A DNA stretch of 64,000 nucleotides, taken from contig JBGAON010000003.1 of assembly GCA_044221725.1 (NCBI GenBank), positions 288,001-352,000 of the forward strand, read 5' to 3'. The DNA is from Elusimicrobiota bacterium. GTDB lineage: Bacteria > Elusimicrobiota > Elusimicrobia > F11. A program made the translations under genes and the position numbers. Shown here one piece after another: positions 58,384 to 64,000 of the stretch. Positions within the stretch are counted from its first letter, which is position 1; each line of letters opens with the position of its first letter. The notes under the pieces were generated by a model that was not told where the DNA came from, searched no databases, and worked only from the letters and a program-made list of their open reading frames with translations.

Positions 58384-60149
58384 AGTCGGCGTCCTTGAAG
58401 TTTCTCGCCTGGGTCTTGTTCTTCTTGGCAATTTCATGTCCGGTATTTGCGATCTATTGGACTTTGGTCGATCCGTCGGCCATTCCGTATGACCGCCGAG
58501 AAGTCGCTCCAGCAGCGTTCAACGGATATTTCTATGTTGCGTCCGCAACGGCGCCTCTTAACTCTGGAATCTTTCCGACACGAGTCTTCAGATCCGCGGA
58601 CGGATTGAGTTGGACGTTAGCGAACAATTTCGGAAACAATATTCAGATTACGCAGCTCATTGCTAACGGCCAAAACTTGTACGCGTTTGTCGATGATCGA
58701 CTGGGGGCTTACCATGTTTATCGAAGTGCCGATGGATTAACGTGGACGGACGTTTACACTGGCATGGGAAACAGTTATTTCATGCCTCTCGTGTCTTTTG
58801 GCGGCTTCATTTATCAATTTGATAGTTCCGCTGGCTTTACAATAAGAAAGTCCGACGGATTAGGGAATCCATTGACGTGGCAGATCGTGTCGCAAGGACC
58901 CGGAACAATTACTCCAAATTTTCCAGTCAAGGCAACGGAATTTCAAAACGAAGTTTACGTATTGTCTTACAGCGGGTCAGGGCCCACGTACGACATAAAT
59001 ATTTTCAAGTCCCCGGATCTCGGAAATTGGACTCTTTCAAAATTGATACCAAACAATATTCCCCGTCCGAGCTTAGCAGCTTGTTCGTCTGGTCTGTATT
59101 CAGGACTCGGGGACGTATGGAGGCTTCCAAGTTCTACCGAGACTTGGGCCATTGATCTTGCGGGCCCCCTCAACGGAACAATTTATCCCATGAAAGTTTT
59201 CGGACATACACTCGCTTTCCGGCCTGGGCCGACGCAGGGAAATCCTCAGACTAGCCAAGACGATTTATTGGTTCGCTCCTCGTCAGGTAGCTGGTCAATC
59301 GATTCCACGTGCCAAGGAATTGGTGCCCCTACATTTGAGACTTTACCGATATCCATAGCGGATATAGCCTATATTCCGGCTTGCACATCGGCGAGGATTT
59401 TTAAAGACGGGTTGGTTTCGCTCGCACGTAAAACATTTATCTTGCCGACGTTGAGCTTTGACCAAAGAGACGCCACCCTATCCGCGATGACCTTGACGAT
59501 AAACCTCGATGAAACTTTAACGTCATTCGTCGTTGAAAACCTGGGTTCCGCGAGAGCAACGACCGATATTAAACGCTTGCAACTGCTCCGTTCGCGATTC
59601 GTTGCGAGTGTCGAGACTTTCACGACGGTGTGTGAGTTGGCCGCTGACTCTGATACCAAAACTTGGCGCATGCCGAACGGTACTCAAGTATCGCTTCAGG
59701 ATCAGGACAATTTGTACGTAACAGCGGATATCGCAAGCTTTCCGACCAATTTGGCAACGGTACAGCTGTCGGTGACGTCAATGGGATGGGCAAGAAATAT
59801 TTCCTACACGCCGCCACTTCCGCTTGTTGCGCCGCAGTCGATCGCGATCAACGGCAATCCGTCCGCTCCTACTACAATCTCGGACGTTCTTCCGTCGCCC
59901 CAACCGGCGAGCAATCAAGTGAAGTTTTTTTACGACCTCAACTCTATGGCTGACGTGCACATAAAAATTTTCAATGTGACAGGGGAACTTGTTAGTCAAG
60001 TTTCAGATACAGGAAAAGCGGCCGGCCGAAATTCGTCCATCTGGGATTCAACGAAGGTCGCCTCCGGAGTTTATTACGCCACCGTTGAGATTATTGAGCA
60101 GAGTGGCGGAACAAGGCGCTACCGCAAAACGGTGTACATTAAAAAGTGA
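58380..60149 (+). CDS. Secreted beta-rich protein with BNR/Asp-box-like repeats and a C-terminal T9SS-CTD/FlgD-Ig-like domain
   Basis: Signal peptide; repeats RSADGLSW, RSADGLTW and KSPDLGNW; tail PSPQP...IKIFNVTGELV...WD...VASGVYY...KTVYIKK. Confidence 0.7.
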   Translation: MKSASLKFLAWVLFFLAISCPVFAIYWTLVDPSAIPYDRREVAPAAFNGYFYVASATAPLNSGIFPTRVFRSADGLSWTLANNFGNNIQITQLIANGQNLYAFVDDRLGAYHVYRSADGLTWTDVYTGMGNSYFMPLVSFGGFIYQFDSSAGFTIRKSDGLGNPLTWQIVSQGPGTITPNFPVKATEFQNEVYVLSYSGSGPTYDINIFKSPDLGNWTLSKLIPNNIPRPSLAACSSGLYSGLGDVWRLPSSTETWAIDLAGPLNGTIYPMKVFGHTLAFRPGPTQGNPQTSQDDLLVRSSSGSWSIDSTCQGIGAPTFETLPISIADIAYIPACTSARIFKDGLVSLARKTFILPTLSFDQRDATLSAMTLTINLDETLTSFVVENLGSARATTDIKRLQLLRSRFVASVETFTTVCELAADSDTKTWRMPNGTQVSLQDQDNLYVTADIASFPTNLATVQLSVTSMGWARNISYTPPLPLVAPQSIAINGNPSAPTTISDVLPSPQPASNQVKFFYDLNSMADVHIKIFNVTGELVSQVSDTGKAAGRNSSIWDSTKVASGVYYATVEIIEQSGGTRRYRKTVYIKK

Positions 60150-61504
60150 AATTAAAAACAAAATTCATCGTGGCGATGTCGACGCTAGTGACGGTCTCCG
60201 TGCTGGTAGGCGGAGCACTGAACATCGTCGGCGAAAGGCGACTTCTGAAGCGTGAAATGAACGCCCAACAACAAGAAACGATGAAACGACTTGCGCGGGT
60301 ATGCGAAGAATCGCTCTATCAAAAAAATCTTAGTTTCTTTAATTATCTTCCAACGCTTGAATCTGAACGAGGATTCAAAGCAGCGTTTTTCGAAGATTCC
60401 ACAGGAATCATCCAAATGCATTCGGATCCCGAACAAATGGGGAAGAAAATCCCTGCGGTGAATAGTGATTTATTGGATTTATCAGAGCCCATTACCTACG
60501 CCGGCACGCGCGTGGGAAATGCGCATCTTATTTTGTCGAAAACAGAAGTGGACAAGCTTTTCATGGAATCGTTGATGGATGCGGTTCAACGCACAATCAT
60601 CACAATGCTTGCCTCATTGTTGCTTGGGTGGTTTGGCGCCTTATTTCTCGGAAGCACAATGATCACACCCATTCAGCGCCTCATCGACGGGTTCAGAAAA
60701 GTTGCAACAGGCGCGCTGGAACCGATCGCGTTTCCGGAACGTCATGACGAGTTGGGGCAAACATTCAAAGAACTGAACGTAACCATCGAAAAATTAAAAG
60801 AAATGGAAGATATGAAGCGGAATTTCTTCGCGCAGGTAACGCACGAACTTCGCTCGCCGCTCACGACGAATCAAGGGTTTCTCAGTTTGATCCTTCGTGG
60901 CCGGTACGGCACGCTCAACGACGAACAGCGCGGATTGTTTCTCACCATGCACAACAATCTGGATCGACTAGCTCGGCTGGTCGACGATCTTTTAACGACG
61001 TCGAAACTTGAAAGCAAGAAAGAAACTTTGGAACCGACTCAATTCGATGCCAAGAAAGTGGTGCAGGAAGTTATCGAGATGTACGTGCCTCTTTTTGAAC
61101 AGAAAAAGCTAAAGCTTGCCACCAACTTCCCGAACGAAGCGGTAATGATTCGAGCGGACTACGACAAATTAATTCACATTCTTTCCAATTTGATCTCAAA
61201 CGCGATCAAGTACACACCCAAAGGTTCGGTTTCAATAGGAATAAAAGAGCAGGGCGCCAACGTCGCTATTTGGGTCACCGATACGGGACTCGGAATTCCG
61301 GCTTCGGACCAACCACAGATCTTCAATCACTTTTTTCGAAGTTCGAACGCAAAAAACGTGAAGGGAACCGGTTTGGGATTGGCGATTGTGAAGAATCTGG
61401 TGGAAATGCATGGCGGGCAAATTCGTGTGGACGAGAATCCCGGGGGGGGATCAATTTTTTCTTTTTCGCTTCCGAAGAAAATAGGGATGAAAAAGGCCGC
61501 GTGA
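60146..61504 (+). CDS. HAMP-domain sensor histidine kinase
   Basis: Two TMs; HAMP DELGQ; THELRSPL, NAIKY, DTGLG and GTGLGL; GTGA overlap with upstream gene. Confidence 0.92.
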   Translation: MKLKTKFIVAMSTLVTVSVLVGGALNIVGERRLLKREMNAQQQETMKRLARVCEESLYQKNLSFFNYLPTLESERGFKAAFFEDSTGIIQMHSDPEQMGKKIPAVNSDLLDLSEPITYAGTRVGNAHLILSKTEVDKLFMESLMDAVQRTIITMLASLLLGWFGALFLGSTMITPIQRLIDGFRKVATGALEPIAFPERHDELGQTFKELNVTIEKLKEMEDMKRNFFAQVTHELRSPLTTNQGFLSLILRGRYGTLNDEQRGLFLTMHNNLDRLARLVDDLLTTSKLESKKETLEPTQFDAKKVVQEVIEMYVPLFEQKKLKLATNFPNEAVMIRADYDKLIHILSNLISNAIKYTPKGSVSIGIKEQGANVAIWVTDTGLGIPASDQPQIFNHFFRSSNAKNVKGTGLGLAIVKNLVEMHGGQIRVDENPGGGSIFSFSLPKKIGMKKAA

Positions 61505-62185
61505 CTACTCGGAGTCGAGTCTGTAGCCTACGCCACGGAGGCTTCGTAACAAATCGCGATTGGAGCCCAACTTTTTTCGGATTTGGTCGATCATCGTGTC
61601 CATTCGACGCGACAGTCGCGAAACGTCCGCTCCCCACACCGCTTCGGAAATGGTTGCTCGCGTCAGCACCTTACCTTCGTTCTTTGCCATAAACGCAAAC
61701 AATTCAAATTGTTTTGCTGACAGATCCAGTTGTTCATCGTCCATAAACACCGCGTACTTATCGAAATCGACTCGGAAAGGACCACAAACAAGCTCGCGCG
61801 ACTTTTGAGATCCGTCCTGGCGCCGAAATGCGGCTCTCACGCGCGCGAGAAGCACCGGTTCGCGCATCGGTTTCTCAATGTAATCTTCGGCGCCAATTTC
61901 AAGGCCCGCCACAACGTCAGCATCGTCGGCTTTGACGCTAACAAAGATGATGGGCACGTTTTGGGTGCTCTTATCTTCTTTCATTGCGCGACAAACATCC
62001 AGCCCGTTCATTTGAGGCATGCATACATCTAATAGTAGGAGGTCTGGAGGATCTGCTTTGATTTTCGGAAGAGCTTTCGTGGGATCGGTTTCTGAAACAA
62101 CGGTATATTCGTGCAAACCCAAAATTTTTTTAGCGAGCTCGATGCAGGACGGTTCGTCATCGACCACGAAGATCCGTTTCTTCAT
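61505..62185 (-). CDS. OmpR/PhoB-family response regulator
   Basis: VVDDE, LLDVCMP and GAEDYIEKP receiver; winged helix ending LRGVGYRL. Confidence 0.93.
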   Translation of the reverse strand: MKKRIFVVDDEPSCIELAKKILGLHEYTVVSETDPTKALPKIKADPPDLLLLDVCMPQMNGLDVCRAMKEDKSTQNVPIIFVSVKADDADVVAGLEIGAEDYIEKPMREPVLLARVRAAFRRQDGSQKSRELVCGPFRVDFDKYAVFMDDEQLDLSAKQFELFAFMAKNEGKVLTRATISEAVWGADVSRLSRRMDTMIDQIRKKLGSNRDLLRSLRGVGYRLDSE

Positions 62186-62253
62186 GCTTCAATTGTGCGG
62201 CCAAAGCCTCGCCGCGTCAACGGGCTTTGCAGGATTGATCGTCGATAGATTGC

Positions 62254-62976
62254 TTACGCTGGGCGGCTTTTCTTTGTGGCAATAACCTCCAATAGATGTC
62301 CCAACGTGGCTGCGCGAGGGGCCGCGAACCCGGCGAGCTCGGCTTTGCCCAAGAGTTCGTTAACTTCGTCCGGTTTGTAGGCGGCGCGAAGGCTTTCAAC
62401 GTATTGCTTGCTCATCTGGATGGATCCCATCGAAATGGCTCCGCCCATAAATAGCAACGGAAAGAGAGCATTGTGCGGACGGCGCAAGTCTTGCAGCAGA
62501 ATGATGCCACCGGGAACGAGCACGCGTTTCATTTCTTCCAGCATGGCCAGCGCGTCGGGAAATTCGTGCAGCGCGAAATGGCTCACAATAATGTCGAAAT
62601 GTTCGGAGGGGAAGCCGGTTTTTTCGGCAAAACTCTTTACGAAACTCACGTTTTCCATTCCCTGGCAATGACGACGAGCTTTTTCGAGCATGAGATCTGA
62701 CGCATCGAGCCCGATGATTTCCCAATTTGGCCGCTCTTTGTGGAGTTCTTTCGGAATCCACCCGGGGCCGGTGCCGAGATCCAAAACTTTCAGTTTAGAG
62801 AAGCGGCCCGCGAAACTCAAAATACGTTTAATAAAGAGTCCACGTTCCCACCGGACGAGCCCTTTGTCCATTCGGTCGTTATAAATTTCGACTTCTGCCA
62901 CTTCATCGTAGCGGGAATCTTTTTCCGGAATACGGGCGGATTTCGTTGCCCATTCAGCATTTGGCGCGCGTTCCAT
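62254..62976 (-). CDS. Class I SAM-dependent methyltransferase
   Basis: VLDLGTGPG, GLDAS, FDIIVSHFALH and RVLVPGG; GGAGG SD. Confidence 0.88.
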   Translation of the reverse strand: MERAPNAEWATKSARIPEKDSRYDEVAEVEIYNDRMDKGLVRWERGLFIKRILSFAGRFSKLKVLDLGTGPGWIPKELHKERPNWEIIGLDASDLMLEKARRHCQGMENVSFVKSFAEKTGFPSEHFDIIVSHFALHEFPDALAMLEEMKRVLVPGGIILLQDLRRPHNALFPLLFMGGAISMGSIQMSKQYVESLRAAYKPDEVNELLGKAELAGFAAPRAATLGHLLEVIATKKSRPA

Positions 62977-63003
62977 TGTAAAGCCTCCTTTCCCTCTGCT
63001 GTC

Positions 63004-63076
63004 AGGGTAATAGAGGAGGCTTCATCGGCGGGTAAGCTTATGTCAGGAGTATGTCAGCAATAAATGAGTTGATTTT
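63004..63076 (-). promoter_or_regulatory. Triple direct-repeat operator/promoter, copy C (methyltransferase)
   Basis: Plus-strand GTAAG-N5-GTCAG-N6-GTCAG at 63032-63057, 22 nt from -10-like TACCCT; GTTGATTTT at 63068-63076. Confidence 0.7.
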
Positions 63077-64000
63077 AGAAGTGATATTCCACTTCGATGT
63101 ATCCGCGGTCTTTGTTTTCGAAAATACCGAAATGGCCTTGATTCGGGTGGCCCTCGAAAATATCGGCACCCAACTTTGTGACGATGTGATCGCCGAAGCG
63201 GAGCGTAATTTTGGGACGATGCAATCGGTCTCTGCGACTTGGGTCGGTCAGAACCAGGTATTCCGGTTCCAGCTTTTTGTCGAGCAACGGCCATTTCACC
63301 CAAAATGTCCAAAGGCTGCTGCTCGGGCGTTCGTTTACGAGTTTATCGCCCGCGTCAGAAATTATTTTTTGGCTGAATTGGACATTTGTGTCGAGCGGGC
63401 CATATTGCCGCGACAAGCCGACCACATAGTTGAATGTGTCCTTGCGAGTGACGCCGTCCGTATCGGCGATGTCTGAGGTAGAGTAATAGCTATCCGGTTT
63501 GAGGTTTGCTTCGCCTTTGAGAATCGAGTCCCACAGGAAGTCTTTAGAAAGTGTCAACCCAAAGATATTTTGCCGCCGATATCCTGGCGCAAAATGGAAT
63601 CCGGAAAAATCGATGGTGCGAAAATAGATGGGAGATTTCTCCCAGGTGTAGAGCGCGAACGCGCTGATGTCGAGCCCGGCTACGAGCCGCGAAATCTTTG
63701 CTCCGGCATCCGCGCTGTCGGAACCGGTCGGTTCCGTGGGATCCTTCGTCGTTGTCGGTACCCCGGAAGGCGCGGGCAGGGGAAATGCAAACTCCGATCC
63801 TTGCACCGCAAATTTGTTGAATTCGGGCTTCGCAGCGAACAGTTCAAGATTCGCAATGTTGTGCGTGATGGACAGGTCCGCCGCCCACTGCGGTATTCGG
63901 ATTAAATCGAATTCGGGCAAAATGTATTCACGCAAGTCGATACCGTTTGCCACATCCGCGATGAACAGCGAAATCGCATCGCCCCACACGATTTGTTGTT
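63075..64000 (-). CDS. DUF1302-like outer membrane beta-barrel protein (5' end beyond the window)
   Basis: QQIVWG...DVANGIDLRE; alternating beta-strand pattern; ends FGIFENKDRGYIEVEYHF with a terminal Phe. Confidence 0.7.
   Translation of the reverse strand, partial: QQIVWGDAISLFIADVANGIDLREYILPEFDLIRIPQWAADLSITHNIANLELFAAKPEFNKFAVQGSEFAFPLPAPSGVPTTTKDPTEPTGSDSADAGAKISRLVAGLDISAFALYTWEKSPIYFRTIDFSGFHFAPGYRRQNIFGLTLSKDFLWDSILKGEANLKPDSYYSTSDIADTDGVTRKDTFNYVVGLSRQYGPLDTNVQFSQKIISDAGDKLVNERPSSSLWTFWVKWPLLDKKLEPEYLVLTDPSRRDRLHRPKITLRFGDHIVTKLGADIFEGHPNQGHFGIFENKDRGYIEVEYHF

Noticed and set aside
55259..63076. Distal GTTGATTT element as an IHF site
   Set aside because: AATCAA is present, but the TTR of the WATCAA-N4-TTR consensus is missing in copies A and B and only partial in C; left unassigned
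1..64000. CRISPR array, tRNA, rRNA, integrase or transposase
   Set aside because: No regularly spaced repeats, cloverleaf-like or rRNA-like segments, or recombinase motifs were recognised by eye; intergenic gaps are short

Overview
Gene-dense bacterial window from a diderm. A PorV/PorQ-like barrel with a CTD-type cargo and many apparently leaderless genes suggest Elusimicrobiota or a similar lineage; this is inference only. Positions 1-41.5 kb are mostly core and signalling genes: a prpD-prpB-prpC-aspA/fumC-cytochrome c operon, an ECF sigma with a zinc-finger anti-sigma, two sensor kinases, mltG, tldD, a TMEM175 channel, a cNMP-patatin/Crp divergent pair, hisS, nadB, uvrA, pal-cpoB-tolB, argF, maf, bactofilin/M23 and a CHASE2-Ser/Thr kinase-PP2C-FHA operon. 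Positions 41.5-64 kb (open at the right edge) form an accessory island that looks like an N-acyl amino acid (FeeM-type) lipid biosynthetic cluster. It has two N-acyl amino acid synthase paralogues, FabF, a patatin, a VAO/PCMH flavoprotein, a frameshifted desaturase, two methyltransferases, a glycosyltransferase, a PP-loop enzyme, a LolA-like/LolCDE-like/DUF1302-like export set, and a PorV-TPR/cargo/histidine kinase operon with a convergent OmpR-family regulator. Three island promoters share a triple direct-repeat operator at a near-fixed distance from a -10 box. A CCCTCTCCC-type palindromic element sits in frame inside two proteins. No rRNA, tRNA, CRISPR array or transposase was recognised. 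All calls come from motif reading, not database searches.
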